NCBI GenBank assembly: GCA_024639845.1
Contig: JAHEGG010000001.1
Location: forward strand, 147,792-211,791
DNA from: Microbacteriaceae bacterium
Lineage (GTDB): Bacteria; Actinomycetota; Actinomycetes; Actinomycetales; Microbacteriaceae
Reading direction: 5' to 3'
DNA length: 64,000 nucleotides
The notes below the pieces were generated by a model. The model did no database searches. It was not told the origin of the DNA and was given only the letters and a program-made list of their open reading frames with translations. Positions 1 through 11,973 of the stretch are shown here, piece by piece. Numbering within the stretch: position 1 is the stretch's first letter; the number at the start of each line of letters is the position of its first letter. The position numbers and the translations under genes are program-made.

Positions 1-1872
1 CAGGTATGGAGCAACCTGGTAGTCGCGCATGTCGAGAACCTGAGCGATTTGTTCATCTGGCTGCAGTGCGAGCAGGTTAGCCACGTGCTGACCCTTGGTG
101 TCGCGACCAGCCTCTAGAACTTCGTAGGCCTTGGCGCGATAGACGCGACCCTTGTTGCTGAAGAACAACAGCCAGTGGTGCGTCGTGGTCACGAAGAAGT
201 GCTCGACCACGTCGTCGGCGCGAAGGTTCGCACCCTTGACGCCCTTACCGCCACGGTGTTGCTGGCGGTAGTTGTCGCTCTTGGTGCGCTTGATGTAGCC
301 ACCGCGAGTGAGCGAGATCACCATTTCTTCTTCAGGGATGAGGTCCTCAGCGTTCACGTCGCCGTCGAAGCCTGCCACAATCTGGGTGCGGCGGTCGTCT
401 CCGTGACGCTTGACGATGTCATCGAGTTCTTCGCTGATGATCGACTTCTGGCGCACTGGGTCGGCAATGATCGCCTTGAACTCGATGATTTGCGCTTCGA
501 GCTCGGCAGCCTCGTCGATGATCTTCTGACGCTCGAGAGCAGCCAGCTGACGCAGCTGCATGTTGAGAATCGCGCGGGCCTGAAGCTCGTCGATTTTGAG
601 CAGGTCGATCAGGCCATCGCGTGCCTCGTCGACCGTGGCGCTCTTGCGAATCAGCGCGATCACGGCGTCTAGCGCGTCGAGAGCCTTGAGGTAGCCGCGC
701 AAAATGTGTGCGCGTTCCTCGGCCTTGCGCAACCTAAACTGCGTGCGACGCACGATCACTTCAATCTGGTGGTTAATCCAGTGGGTGATGAAACCGTCGA
801 GGCTGAGCGTGCGTGGCACGCCGTCGACCAGGGCCAACATATTGGCACTGAAATTCTCTTGAAGCGGAGTGAGTTTATAGAGGTTGTTTAGAACAACGCG
901 GGCAACCGCATCCTTCTTTAGAACAATCACCAAACGCTGACCGGTGCGACCCGAAGTTTCGTCACGGATGTCGGCGATGCCCTGCAGGCGTCCCTCTTTG
1001 ACTAGTTCCGCAATCTTGATTGCGAGGTTGTCTGGGTTGACCTGATAAGGCAACTCGGTGACCACGAGACAGGTGCGGTTGTGAATTTCTTCGACGTTGA
1101 CGATCGCGCGCATCGTGATTGAACCGCGACCGGTGCGATAGGCGTCTTCGATTCCGCGGCGACCAAGGATGGTTGCTCCGGTCGGAAAGTCTGGACCCTT
1201 AATGCGTGCGATGAGTGCTTCGAGCAATTCTTCGCGGGTGGCCTCTGGGTTTGCCAGCGCCCACTGCGCGCCTTCGGCGACTTCGCGTAGATTCTGCGGC
1301 GGAATGTTGGTGGCCATACCAACGGCGATACCAATCGAACCGTTGACTAGCAGGTTAGGAAAGCGGCTTGGAAGAACGGTTGGTTCCTGGGTGCGGCCGT
1401 CGTAGTTGTCTTGAAAATCTACGGTCTCTTCGTCGATATCGCGAACCATTTCCATGGCGAGCTGAGCCATGCGACACTCGGTGTATCGAGGGGCAGCGGC
1501 AGGGTCGTTGCCCGGTGAACCGAAGTTTCCTTGTCCCGACACCAGCGGGTAGCGCAGGTTCCAATCTTGAACCAAACGCACCAGAGTGTCATAGATCGCG
1601 CCGTCACCGTGCGGGTGATATTGACCCATCACGTCACCGACCACGCGAGAGCACTTGCTGAACTGCTTGTCTGGGCGGTAACCACCGTCGAACATCGCAT
1701 AGACCACGCGGCGGTGAACCGGCTTCATGCCGTCGCGCACATCGGGAAGCGCACGACCGACGATGACGCTCATCGCATAGTCGAGGTATGACCGCTGCAT
1801 CTCGGTCTGAAGGTCGATCTGTTCGACCTTGTCGATTAGTGCTGGGGTTTCGGGAGTCTTGTCGTCTGCCAT
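1..1872 (-). CDS. gyrA: DNA gyrase subunit A, N-terminal 624 codons (3' end lies beyond the window start)
   Basis: Absent from the ORF track because it runs off the window edge. Reverse-strand translation from ATG at 1872 reads [56 protein letters not shown]..., the conserved GyrA N-terminus. It lies directly downstream of gyrB. The + strand ORFs listed at 175-1791 are antisense shadows. Confidence 0.95.
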   Translation of the reverse strand, partial: MADDKTPETPALIDKVEQIDLQTEMQRSYLDYAMSVIVGRALPDVRDGMKPVHRRVVYAMFDGGYRPDKQFSKCSRVVGDVMGQYHPHGDGAIYDTLVRLVQDWNLRYPLVSGQGNFGSPGNDPAAAPRYTECRMAQLAMEMVRDIDEETVDFQDNYDGRTQEPTVLPSRFPNLLVNGSIGIAVGMATNIPPQNLREVAEGAQWALANPEATREELLEALIARIKGPDFPTGATILGRRGIEDAYRTGRGSITMRAIVNVEEIHNRTCLVVTELPYQVNPDNLAIKIAELVKEGRLQGIADIRDETSGRTGQRLVIVLKKDAVARVVLNNLYKLTPLQENFSANMLALVDGVPRTLSLDGFITHWINHQIEVIVRRTQFRLRKAEERAHILRGYLKALDALDAVIALIRKSATVDEARDGLIDLLKIDELQARAILNMQLRQLAALERQKIIDEAAELEAQIIEFKAIIADPVRQKSIISEELDDIVKRHGDDRRTQIVAGFDGDVNAEDLIPEEEMVISLTRGGYIKRTKSDNYRQQHRGGKGVKGANLRADDVVEHFFVTTTHHWLLFFSNKGRVYRAKAYEVLEAGRDTKGQHVANLLALQPDEQIAQVLDMRDYQVAPYL

Positions 1873-1894
1873 TTTGTTCTCGTTTCTTCGCGGC

Positions 1895-3838
<1,944 letters not shown>

Positions 3839-4043
3839 TTAGTACTCCTCGTTTTAGCTGGGTTAGGCCCACACAACCGCGACCACGAGAGCCGACTTAA
3901 ATCGGGGGTTACTAACCCTCTAATTCTACCTTTGAGGGCGACATTTAACGGGGATATCCACAACGAGTCGATGGGCCGTTTTCCCGCGTATTTACGCGGA
4001 AGTTGCCAAATTTTCAGGTCTCATTTTGGACACGTTTACGGGT

Positions 4044-4562
4044 TTATCCGTAAGTGTCTCGCGGGCCTCTTCCCGGCACCGATCGCGGACCCTTTTTCCA
4101 CGATGGAGCCTCTGGCGCCAGCGTCTTAACCGCGGTAATTTTTAGGTCGGCAAAGTCGGCATTCAACCGCTCGATAATCGTCTCCGACATCAACCGAAGC
4201 TGGGTCGCCCAGGCCGTCGAACGGCATCGAATCGTGAGGGTACCGTCGAGCAAATCCTCCGGTATCGAGTTGGCCGCCGTATCCGCTCCGACAACTTCGG
4301 CCCAGCGCACGTGAAGCTCGGCCTCTGCCATTTCGGTGCTCCAGCGAAAGTCGCTAACCAGCGCATCCACGGATGAAATTGCCGACACCGGATCGCGCCC
4401 CGGTTCGAATGGTTTCGACTTCGCCTTTGCAGCTTTTTCTTCGATTCGTCGCTGGTCGCGGTGAACGCGCTTGCCGGCCGAAACCTCGCGCATGCGCCAA
4501 TAGAACTCTTGGGCGAAATCCAGTAGCCCAGACTTCTGTTCGTTCTCCCTGGGGTCAGACAC
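4044..4562 (-). CDS. DUF721 (DciA-like) protein in the recF-gyrB gap
   Basis: 172 aa with the DUF721-type core HVRWAEVVGADTAANSIPEDLLDGTLTIRCRSTAWATQLRLMSETIIERLN. It occupies the position of M. tuberculosis Rv0004 and overlaps the recF stop by 8 nt. Confidence 0.8.
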   Translation of the reverse strand: MSDPRENEQKSGLLDFAQEFYWRMREVSAGKRVHRDQRRIEEKAAKAKSKPFEPGRDPVSAISSVDALVSDFRWSTEMAEAELHVRWAEVVGADTAANSIPEDLLDGTLTIRCRSTAWATQLRLMSETIIERLNADFADLKITAVKTLAPEAPSWKKGPRSVPGRGPRDTYG

Positions 4563-5730
4563 GTTCGACCACCGCCTGTTTCACGCTGAATCGAGTGGCG
4601 TTCAAAATCTCCGGAACATCCTCGGCAACGGCGGCGGTAATCAACACCTGTTCATTGTCGGCAACAAGTTCGGCCAAACGCAAGCGCCTACCTGAATCGA
4701 GCTCCGCGAAAACGTCATCGAGAATCAGCACGGGGTCACCGGTCTTGGTTTCGGTGCGCAGCAAATCCACGGATGCAAGACGCAAAGCCAACGCATACGA
4801 CCACGTTTCACCGTGGCTCGCGTAGCCCTTGGCAGGCAAGTCTCCGAGCATTAAAACCAAATCATCGCGCTGCGGACCCACCAGAGTTAGACCGCGCTCG
4901 AGTTCCTTAGGCCGCACGGCGGCAAGCCTCTGAGTGAACAGCGCCGCGATCGACTCGCGGTCGGAGTCGGTCAAAAACTCGAGCGACTCATCCTCGTTGT
5001 CATCATCGAACCCGGTCAAAACCTTCTCGCCGACCAGGGACGAGCGGTAGAGCATCCCTGGTTCGTTGTTCGACGTCGCAATCTTTTGATAGGCGGCGAA
5101 CAGGTGCGGCTGCAGCATGTTGATCAGGCCGATGCGCGCCGAAATGATCTCGGTGCCGTATTGCACGAGAGAAGCATCCCAGGCATCAAGCGTGCTCAAC
5201 GCTGAACCGGTGGTTTTGGTGGCGCGAGCCGACTTCAACAGGGCGTTGCGCTGCTTTAAAACTCGCTCGTAGTCGCCATAAACCCCCGCCATCCTCGGGC
5301 GATATTGCACGACGAGCTCATCGATGAAGGCTCTGCGATTAGTGGGGTCTTTGCGAACGATGTCGATATCCTCAGGCGCGAAGGTGACCGACTGAATAAT
5401 GCCGACAATGTCGCGCACACGCGGAAGGTCGGCCTTGTTGACCCTGGCCTTATTCTTGCCCTCGCGGTTTAGCTCGAGCTCGAGATAGACGTCGCGTGCC
5501 TCGCTCGAAACCATCGCACGGATGATCGCCGAAGGCTCTCGGTTCTTGATCAACGGCAAATAGCCCGAAACCCGGTGCGAGTTCAGCGAACTCAGGTAAC
5601 GAACCGCCTCGACGAGATTGGTTTTGCCCTGACCGTTCACACCGACAAGCAGGTTGATGCCCGGTTCGAAAGCGACCTCGGCGGTCTCGTAATTGCGAAA
5701 AGAGGCGAGGGTTAGATGCTTAACAAACAT
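4555..5730 (-). CDS. recF: DNA replication/repair protein RecF
   Basis: 391 aa starting MFVKHLTLASFRNYE, with Walker A GVNGQGKTNLVEA and the SMC-like signature and Walker B (LILDDVFAELD). Confidence 0.95.
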   Translation of the reverse strand: MFVKHLTLASFRNYETAEVAFEPGINLLVGVNGQGKTNLVEAVRYLSSLNSHRVSGYLPLIKNREPSAIIRAMVSSEARDVYLELELNREGKNKARVNKADLPRVRDIVGIIQSVTFAPEDIDIVRKDPTNRRAFIDELVVQYRPRMAGVYGDYERVLKQRNALLKSARATKTTGSALSTLDAWDASLVQYGTEIISARIGLINMLQPHLFAAYQKIATSNNEPGMLYRSSLVGEKVLTGFDDDNEDESLEFLTDSDRESIAALFTQRLAAVRPKELERGLTLVGPQRDDLVLMLGDLPAKGYASHGETWSYALALRLASVDLLRTETKTGDPVLILDDVFAELDSGRRLRLAELVADNEQVLITAAVAEDVPEILNATRFSVKQAVVERV

Positions 5731-5788
5731 CGTCCTCGCCCCTTCGCTAGATTAAATCGGTTTGCTCCTCAACCAAATCGGTTGGTGG

Positions 5789-6676
5789 CTATTTTTCCGA
5801 CTTGACCACCGCGTGGCCACCGAACTGGTTGCGCAGAGCGGCAACGGCCTTCATGGCTGGCGAGTCGTCTTGACGGCTGGCGAAACGCGCAAACAGCGAT
5901 GCGGTGATTGCAGGCATTGGAACGGCCTCGGCGATTGCCTCTTCGATGGTCCAGCGACCCTCACCAGAGTCGTTCACATAGCCCTTGATGTTGTCTAGGT
6001 TTGGGTCTTCTTCAAGAGCTCGAACCAACAGGTCGAGCAACCAGGAACGAACCACTGTTCCGCGCTGCCAGGCGGCAAAGGTTCCGTGAACGTCCTTGAT
6101 GATGCTCTTCTTCTCGAGAAGCTCGTAGCCTTCGGCGAATGACTGCATCATTCCGTATTCGATGCCGTTGTGCACCATCTTTGCGTAGTGCCCGGCACCG
6201 GTGTCACCCACGTGAACAAAGCCCTCTTCGCGCTTGCCTTCAGGGCGAAGTGCGTCGAAGATCGGCATCGCGCGCGCGACTAGTTCTGCTGGTCCACCAA
6301 CCATCAGTCCGTAGCCGTTTTCGAGACCCCAGACGCCACCGGAAACACCGCAGTCGAGGTATCCGATGCCGTGCGGGGCTAGTTCTTCGGCGTGACGAAT
6401 GTCGTCGCTGAAGCGCGAGTTTCCGCCCTCGATAATCAAGTCACCTGGCTCGAGGTGCTTTACGAGTTCGTTGATTACGTCGTCGGTTGGCTGACCGTGT
6501 GGAACCATCACCCATACCGTGCGAGGTGCTGGTAGGACCTTTACGAGCTCTTCGATCGAGTCGACGTCTGAAACATCGCGGCTGCGCGCGTATCCGGTTA
6601 CGTCTACGCCGTTTTTGCGAAGACGGGAACGCATGTTGCCGCCCATCTTTCCTAGACCAATGAGACCAATGTGCAT
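5789..6676 (-). CDS. gnd: 6-phosphogluconate dehydrogenase, decarboxylating (short ~300-aa form)
   Basis: N-terminal Rossmann motif IGLIGLGKMGGNM and a 6PGDH C-terminal domain (GAGHYAKMVHNGIEYG). I prefer ATG at 6676, which has AAAGG about 9 nt upstream, over the TTG at 6691 used by the ORF track. Confidence 0.88.
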   Translation of the reverse strand: MHIGLIGLGKMGGNMRSRLRKNGVDVTGYARSRDVSDVDSIEELVKVLPAPRTVWVMVPHGQPTDDVINELVKHLEPGDLIIEGGNSRFSDDIRHAEELAPHGIGYLDCGVSGGVWGLENGYGLMVGGPAELVARAMPIFDALRPEGKREEGFVHVGDTGAGHYAKMVHNGIEYGMMQSFAEGYELLEKKSIIKDVHGTFAAWQRGTVVRSWLLDLLVRALEEDPNLDNIKGYVNDSGEGRWTIEEAIAEAVPMPAITASLFARFASRQDDSPAMKAVAALRNQFGGHAVVKSEK

Positions 6677-6697
6677 TTGTTTGCCTTTCAAAAAGGG

Positions 6698-7840
6698 TTA
6701 GCGGTTAAGCAGGTTGGGTTGAAGCAGGTAGCGATAGCTGTCGCTGTCGGTCTTTTCTTTAGAGCCGTGACTCGTGATCAAAACCGGTCCTGGCTTGTTG
6801 GGATCGTTGTTTGAGGTGAAGCCAACCTTCACAAACTCACTGTGCACACCAGACAGCCCTTCGAGAAGGAACTGTGGCTTCAGCGATACAACGATTTCTT
6901 TACCTGTGAGCTCTGCGCTGATGCTCTCGGATGCCTGTGCCGTCTCGTTTCCACTTGCGTCAAGTGATACGGTGCCGTCGACAAATTCAAACTTGATTGG
7001 GGCTTCGCGCTCCAGCACCAGACCGACGCGCTTGGTTGAGTCGACTAGGTCTGACGTTGTGAGAATTGCGAAGTTTTCGATCTCGGCAGGAAACAGTGAC
7101 TTAACCGGAGGGAAGGTGCCCTTCATGAGAATTGTGGTCACTGAACGGTTGTTGGCCGAAAATCCGATGATCTCTTTTTCACCCTCGGCGGCAAGGCCGA
7201 TGGAAATGTCGCCCTGGTGGCTGAAGTTTTTAGCAACTTCACCAAGGATGCGCGATGGAACTAGTGAGGTGTTACCAACGGCCTCTGGCTTTGGCTTCCA
7301 AGACACCTCGCGCATGGCGACGCGGTATCGGTCTGTCGCGAGGAGTGTTAGAGACTTTTCACCGGCCTCTACCAAAACACCGTTCAACTGCGGTGTGACG
7401 TCTTCTTTCGAAACCGCTGGCAGTACCTGCGCCACAGCTTGCTGGAAATCTTCGCCTGCGACCGTGCCTGCGACCGCCGGCATTTCTGGCAGTGGTGGAT
7501 AGGTTTCGATCGGCATTGTGGCCAGGTTGAACTTTGCAGCCCCACACTTGACGCTAACTTTTCCATTTTCAAAAACGAACTCAACCGGTGCGTTTGGAAG
7601 CTTGTTAGCGATTTCGTTCAAGAGACGACCAGAAACCAGAACGCGACCAGAGGTTTCTACCTGAGCGACGATCTCGACCTGGGCAGATACCTCGTAGTCA
7701 AAAACGGAGAGTCGCAGTGCGTTGGCATCTGCCTCGATCAGGATCCCGGTAAGAATCAGCATTGGCGCGCGCTGGGGAAGCAAACGGCTAACGAAAGATA
7801 CTGCTTCGCTCAGGGCGTCGCGGTTCACTTGAAATTTCAC
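6698..7840 (-). CDS. dnaN: DNA polymerase III beta sliding clamp
   Basis: 380 aa starting MKFQVNRDALSEAVSFVSRLLP. The length fits the three-domain clamp, and it lies immediately downstream of dnaA. Confidence 0.95.
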   Translation of the reverse strand: MKFQVNRDALSEAVSFVSRLLPQRAPMLILTGILIEADANALRLSVFDYEVSAQVEIVAQVETSGRVLVSGRLLNEIANKLPNAPVEFVFENGKVSVKCGAAKFNLATMPIETYPPLPEMPAVAGTVAGEDFQQAVAQVLPAVSKEDVTPQLNGVLVEAGEKSLTLLATDRYRVAMREVSWKPKPEAVGNTSLVPSRILGEVAKNFSHQGDISIGLAAEGEKEIIGFSANNRSVTTILMKGTFPPVKSLFPAEIENFAILTTSDLVDSTKRVGLVLEREAPIKFEFVDGTVSLDASGNETAQASESISAELTGKEIVVSLKPQFLLEGLSGVHSEFVKVGFTSNNDPNKPGPVLITSHGSKEKTDSDSYRYLLQPNLLNR

Positions 7841-8249
7841 TTGTCACCAGTCTTTGGTTGGGAGTCGAAAGAAATCGTCTAGGTCAAGTCTGCCACAAAA
7901 TGGCTATTCGCCTCTCGCCTAGCGGTAATCGTTATGGGTTGATCTAAATTCTTTATTTAAATAATTTTCTTATTAACGCCTGTGGAAAATGTGGATAAGT
8001 CTGTGGATGCTAGGTATTCACTGAAAACTACAACGGTGAAAGATGTATACACAGTTGTGAAGAAATCTGTGTATAACTAGTTAGCTTGTGAATTCGATTG
8101 AAACTTCTTCTACCTCGACGGCCAATATTTCACTGAATTTGGATGGTTTTGAACAGTTATCCACAGGTTTATCGACAAGCCAATAATGTTGTCTCAGTTA
8201 GGCGTTTACCTGGCAAATATAGATTTACCGATAGATGAACGCTGGAGTT
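7841..8249. other. oriC segment in the dnaN-dnaA spacer: DnaA boxes plus an AT-rich putative unwinding element
   Basis: Perfect boxes are TGTGGATAA at 7990-7998 and TTATCCACA at 8157-8165. Boxes with 1-2 mismatches are at 7981-7989, 8002-8010, 8045-8053 and 8068-8076. A nearly pure A/T run lies at 7941-7977 (gatctaaattctttatttaaataattttcttattaac). Confidence 0.8.
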
Positions 8250-9689
8250 CTAGTAGCTGCGGTGTTCGCTACGAATTCGGTTAGTGATTTCCGAAACGTG
8301 GTTATAAACGTGGCGGCGTTCCTTCATCCACTCAGCAACCTTGCGGTTGGCATACATAACTGTGGTGTGGTCGCGATTTCCGAAAAGTTGGCCGATCTTT
8401 GGCAGCGAGAGATTGGTCATCTCGCGACATAGATACATGGCGATTTGGCGGGCCATAGCAATTGCTGCAGTTCTAGAGTTTCCAACAATCTCATCCATGG
8501 TGATTTTGTAGTAGGCAGCGACGGCATTCATTATTTCAACCGGCGCAATCACGGTGTCTTCATTGGCCGGGGCAACATCCTTGAGCACAGTCTGAACCAG
8601 GGCCATGTCAACCTGTTTGCGACTCAGGTTGGCATATGCCGTTACTCGCACGAGGGTTCCTTCGAGCTCGCGCACGTTGGCCGTGACTCGTTCGGCGATG
8701 TAAGAAAGAATCTCGTCTGGAATGCGGATCTTGTCTAGCTCAGCCTTCTTCTTGAGAATCGCGATGCGGGTCTCAAGTTCAGGAGCCTGGATGTCAACGC
8801 GAAGTCCCCACTCGAAGCGTGACAGCATGCGATCTTCGAACCCATTTAGGTCCTTCGGCGGCACATCGCAGGTGATAACAACCTGTTTGTTTGCGTCGTG
8901 CAGGGCATTGAAGGTGTGGAAGAAAGCTTCTTGGGTCTGGTCTTTGCCCTGCAAAAACTGGATGTCGTCGATCAGCAACACGTCGATATCCCTGTATTCA
9001 CTTAGGAATGAGGCCGACCGGTTGTTCTGAATCGCGTTGATGAAGTCGTTGGTGAACTCTTCGCTAGAAACGTAGCGAACCTTGAAGCGTGGATAAAGGC
9101 TGAGGGCGTAGTGGCCAATCGCGTGCAGCAGGTGAGTCTTTCCCAGGCCGGAGTTTCCGTAGATGAACAGAGGGTTATATGCCTTGGCGGGGCTTTCGGC
9201 CACAGCAAAGGCAGCAGCTCGAGCAAAGATGTTGGTCGAGCCCATCACGAAGTTTTCGAACGTGTACCTGTGGTTCAGTCGCGACTCGAACTGGCTGCCA
9301 GATCGTGCCGTTGACTGAGATTCACCAACGCCGTTCAGACCGGGCAGTGAAGAGCCGATTTCCTCATCCTGAATTGTGGATGGAGCGGCAGCGGCAACGG
9401 TCGGGGTGTAGTTTTCGGCGATGGTCGTGTTCACTACGACCGCGAATGATCTGACGCCAGAATCTTCTGCCGAGTTGTAGATGGTGTCAGCGATGATGTC
9501 GCGCATCCGCTGTTCAAAGACAGATCGGGTCATCTCGTTGGGTACTTCGAGATAGAGGGTGTCGCCGATGATTCCCTTGACGGCGGCGAGGTGCGCGAAC
9601 CCCATCATGGATGCTGTTACGCGTTCGTCTTTTTCGAGCTGTGACAGGGCGCGAAGCCACAGATTGACTGCGGCGCTCTCTTCTGCCAT
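8250..9689 (-). CDS. dnaA: Chromosomal replication initiator protein DnaA
   Basis: Walker A GNSGLGKTHLLHA, Walker B LLIDDIQF, and the C-terminal DNA-binding region LSLPKIGQLFGNRDHTTVMYA. I moved the start to ATG 9689 (MAEESAAVNLWLRAL), which has AAGGGGA 5 nt upstream. The 37 extra codons of track ORF 8250..9800 run into DnaA boxes. Confidence 0.93.
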   Translation of the reverse strand: MAEESAAVNLWLRALSQLEKDERVTASMMGFAHLAAVKGIIGDTLYLEVPNEMTRSVFEQRMRDIIADTIYNSAEDSGVRSFAVVVNTTIAENYTPTVAAAAPSTIQDEEIGSSLPGLNGVGESQSTARSGSQFESRLNHRYTFENFVMGSTNIFARAAAFAVAESPAKAYNPLFIYGNSGLGKTHLLHAIGHYALSLYPRFKVRYVSSEEFTNDFINAIQNNRSASFLSEYRDIDVLLIDDIQFLQGKDQTQEAFFHTFNALHDANKQVVITCDVPPKDLNGFEDRMLSRFEWGLRVDIQAPELETRIAILKKKAELDKIRIPDEILSYIAERVTANVRELEGTLVRVTAYANLSRKQVDMALVQTVLKDVAPANEDTVIAPVEIMNAVAAYYKITMDEIVGNSRTAAIAMARQIAMYLCREMTNLSLPKIGQLFGNRDHTTVMYANRKVAEWMKERRHVYNHVSEITNRIRSEHRSY

Positions 9690-10127
9690 CTCGGTCCCCT
9701 TGCTGGTTTCGCGTCGCAGCGCCTGGGTTTCACGCTGTAACGCAGTTGTTTTGTGCCCCAACGCGGTTGGACCGCCTTTGGCACGGTGAGTTTTCCACAA
9801 TCATAGGCCGATGTGGAGAGAGTGTGGATAACTTTCTCGGATGCCTGTGCATAAGCACTTTTGACTGTGGAAATTACGTACCGAGTTATTCAAGTGAAAT
9901 TCACCGGCAAATTGCAAATTGAGTTCGGTGTGTCTGGGGGCATCCGTGGTGAATTGAAATCAAATCGAAATCTTCGGCCAAAACTTTAACCAAAAACTTG
10001 ACCTAAACCCCCAATTTGGCGTAGTTTTAACAGGTTGCTCGGTGTGAGGCTTGCCGAGCTAGATTTCAAAAGTCGGTCTTCCGACACCATCGAATGCCTC
10101 ACCAATAAGTTTTTGGAGTGATCACCA
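9690..10127. promoter_or_regulatory. dnaA/rpmH divergent control region with a second DnaA-box cluster
   Basis: A perfect TGTGGATAA lies at 9823-9831. Near-boxes are TTTTCCACA at 9791-9799, TGTGGAGAG at 9812-9820 and TGTGGAAAT at 9866-9874. A possible rpmH promoter has TTGACC at 9998-10003 and TAGTTT at 10022-10027 (18-nt spacer). Confidence 0.7.
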
Positions 10128-10265
10128 ATGACCAAGCGTACTTTTCAGCCGAACAACCGTCGTCGTGCAAAGACCCACGGTTTCCGTCTGCGCATGAAGA
10201 CCCGTGCCGGTCGCGCCATCCTGGCCGCTCGCCGTCGCAAGGGTCGCGTCGAGCTGTCGGCCTAA
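10128..10265 (+). CDS. rpmH: 50S ribosomal protein L34
   Basis: 45-codon ORF, too short for the track: [45 protein letters not shown]. Confidence 0.95.
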   Translation: MTKRTFQPNNRRRAKTHGFRLRMKTRAGRAILAARRRKGRVELSA

Positions 10266-10275
10266 GCCACCTAGC

Positions 10276-10623
10276 TTGCTCGCTCGCGCGAACCGACTGA
10301 CCGATTCAGAAGAGTTCCGCTCAGCAACAAAGAGCGGACGCCGTTTCGGCAGCGAACACCTAGTCATCTACCTAAAGCGGGATGAGACCATGTCTCATGC
10401 CCGCTTTGGTTTTATCGTGGGCAAGACGGTTGCGGGAGCGGTAGGCCGCAACCTAGTGAAGCGCCGGTTGCGTGCTTTGGCGCGTGAAGTGCTGGCACAG
10501 CATCCAAGTGGATTCGATCTCGTGGTTCGCGCGCAGGCGGGGGCAGCCGAGCTCGATTGGAATAGACTTCGAGAAGAGTTCTTGGCGACGGCCGAGAACG
10601 CACTAACTAAGGTTTTCGAGTGA
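10276..10623 (+). CDS. rnpA: Ribonuclease P protein component
   Basis: This is the C-terminal part of track ORF 10204..10623 and contains FGFIVGKTVAGAVGRNLVKRRLR. I chose TTG 10276 so that it does not overlap rpmH. The start is uncertain. Confidence 0.8.
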   Translation: MLARANRLTDSEEFRSATKSGRRFGSEHLVIYLKRDETMSHARFGFIVGKTVAGAVGRNLVKRRLRALAREVLAQHPSGFDLVVRAQAGAAELDWNRLREEFLATAENALTKVFE

Positions 10624-10943
10624 TGAAGTTTTTGGAAACGATCTGGCTTTTGCCCAGGAACGCTTTCATCTTGTTCATCCTCGGTTGGCGAAAGGCGATC
10701 TCACCGCTATACGGTGACGTCTGTCGTTATTACCCCACCTGTTCTGCCTATGGTCTCGGCCAGGTGCAACAGAGGGGGTTGGTTTTGGGATCGCTTCTCA
10801 CGGCCTGGCGCATTCTGCGATGCAATCCCTTTTCGCAGGGTGGGGTCGAGCACGTGAAACCCGGTTCGGGTCACTTCGCCGTGGCTCCGAGCGGGCTAGT
10901 GGTTTCTCGTGCTGGGTCGAACAGGGATGTTCACCAGCACTAG
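10620..10943 (+). CDS. yidD: Membrane protein insertion efficiency factor YidD
   Basis: Conserved core ISPLYGDVCRYYPTCSAYG...RCNPFSQGG. The start is either a GTGA overlap with the rnpA stop or the ATG at 10623. Confidence 0.88.
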   Translation: MMKFLETIWLLPRNAFILFILGWRKAISPLYGDVCRYYPTCSAYGLGQVQQRGLVLGSLLTAWRILRCNPFSQGGVEHVKPGSGHFAVAPSGLVVSRAGSNRDVHQH

Positions 10944-11035
10944 GGCGTTAATTCAGGCTCTCGGGCTTGTGTTTACTGCTTGACATAACTAAATGCTTCT
11001 CCCGCCGCCGGTGGGAACTAAAGAGAGGGTATCTC

Positions 11036-11968
11036 GTGCCAGATATCTTGTGGCCGATCAAGTGGCTCGTTGAGCTTGTCTTGGTCGCTTTCCATTACCT
11101 ATTTACCAGCTTCGGTTTGCGAAGCGAGGATGGCCTGACCTGGGTGCTAGCCATCGTTGGCCTCGTGCTGCTTGTGCGTACCGCCCTGATTCCTCTGTTC
11201 GTGAGACAGATCAAGAGCCAGCGTGGAATGGTGCTGCTGCAACCTGAACTGCAGAAGCTCCAAAAGAAGTACAAGGGCAAAACCGACCAGGAGTCTCGCA
11301 AGGCTTTTGCCGAGGAGCAGATGGCTCTTTATAAGAAGACTGGGTCTAACCCGCTATCTTCGTGTTTGCCACTTCTGGCTCAGATGCCAATCTTCATGGG
11401 TCTGTTCTTCGTGCTAAACGAAGCCCAGCACGGAAAGGCCGGTGTCGGACTCCTTACTCTGGGCCTCTCCAAGGAGTTTGCCGGGGCGACCTTCTTCGGA
11501 GCTCCCCTAAGCGACACGTTCCTCACCGCCACCAGCATCGAGGTTCAAATCATGGCCGCCACAATGGTGGTGCTGATGACGGCATCCCAGTTCATCACTC
11601 AACGTCAGATCATCTCGAAGAACCAAACGCCTGCCAACTTGCAGAACAGCCAATACATGCAGACCCAGAAAATCATGCTGTGGCTGTTCCCAATCATGTT
11701 CGCAATCTCGGGTGTCTCTTTCCCCCTCGGTGTCATGTTCTACTGGTTGGTCTCGAACTTCTGGACCATGGGACAGCAGTACGTTGTCATCAAGCGCATG
11801 CCAACTCCAGGCTCGATAGCCCACGAACAGCGCCAGGCCAAGCTTGCCGCCAAGGGCAAACTCACCGGTCCTGAAGTGATCGCAGAGGGCGACGCAGTTG
11901 CCGAAGTCAAGCCAGAACCAAAGGGACAGCGCGTTCAGCCTTCCCGCAAAAAGCCTAAGAAGAAGTAG
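11036..11968 (+). CDS. yidC: Membrane protein insertase YidC
   Basis: Multi-TM protein with YidC-type regions (PLSSCLPLLAQMPIFMGLF, GVMFYWLVSNFWTMGQQ) and a basic tail RKKPKKK. I prefer GTG 11036, preceded by GAGAGGG, but the track start TTG 10967 is possible. Confidence 0.88.
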   Translation: MPDILWPIKWLVELVLVAFHYLFTSFGLRSEDGLTWVLAIVGLVLLVRTALIPLFVRQIKSQRGMVLLQPELQKLQKKYKGKTDQESRKAFAEEQMALYKKTGSNPLSSCLPLLAQMPIFMGLFFVLNEAQHGKAGVGLLTLGLSKEFAGATFFGAPLSDTFLTATSIEVQIMAATMVVLMTASQFITQRQIISKNQTPANLQNSQYMQTQKIMLWLFPIMFAISGVSFPLGVMFYWLVSNFWTMGQQYVVIKRMPTPGSIAHEQRQAKLAAKGKLTGPEVIAEGDAVAEVKPEPKGQRVQPSRKKPKKK

Positions 11969-11973
11969 GAATC

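Noticed and set aside
175-1791. Several + strand ORFs of 60-165 aa at the left edge of the window.
   Set aside because: They are antisense shadows of the partial gyrA gene on the - strand. The gyrA translation is unambiguous.
3984-3999. An inverted repeat CCGCGT-attt-ACGCGG and a near-DnaA box ATATCCACA (3954-3962) in the DUF721-gyrB spacer.
   Set aside because: The stem is short and has no T-run, so it is not a convincing terminator. The single 8/9 box may be chance. I note them only as possible elements of the gyrB promoter region.
9690-9800. A 37-codon N-terminal extension of dnaA in the ORF track (MWKTHRAKGG...).
   Set aside because: The extension has no DnaA-like sequence and overlaps the DnaA-like box at 9791. 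The internal ATG 9689 has a good RBS and starts a typical DnaA N-terminus.
10846-10861. A parS half-site, CACGTGAAAC, inside yidD.
   Set aside because: Only the right half matches the consensus, and the whole site matches at about 11/16 positions. It is unlikely to be functional.
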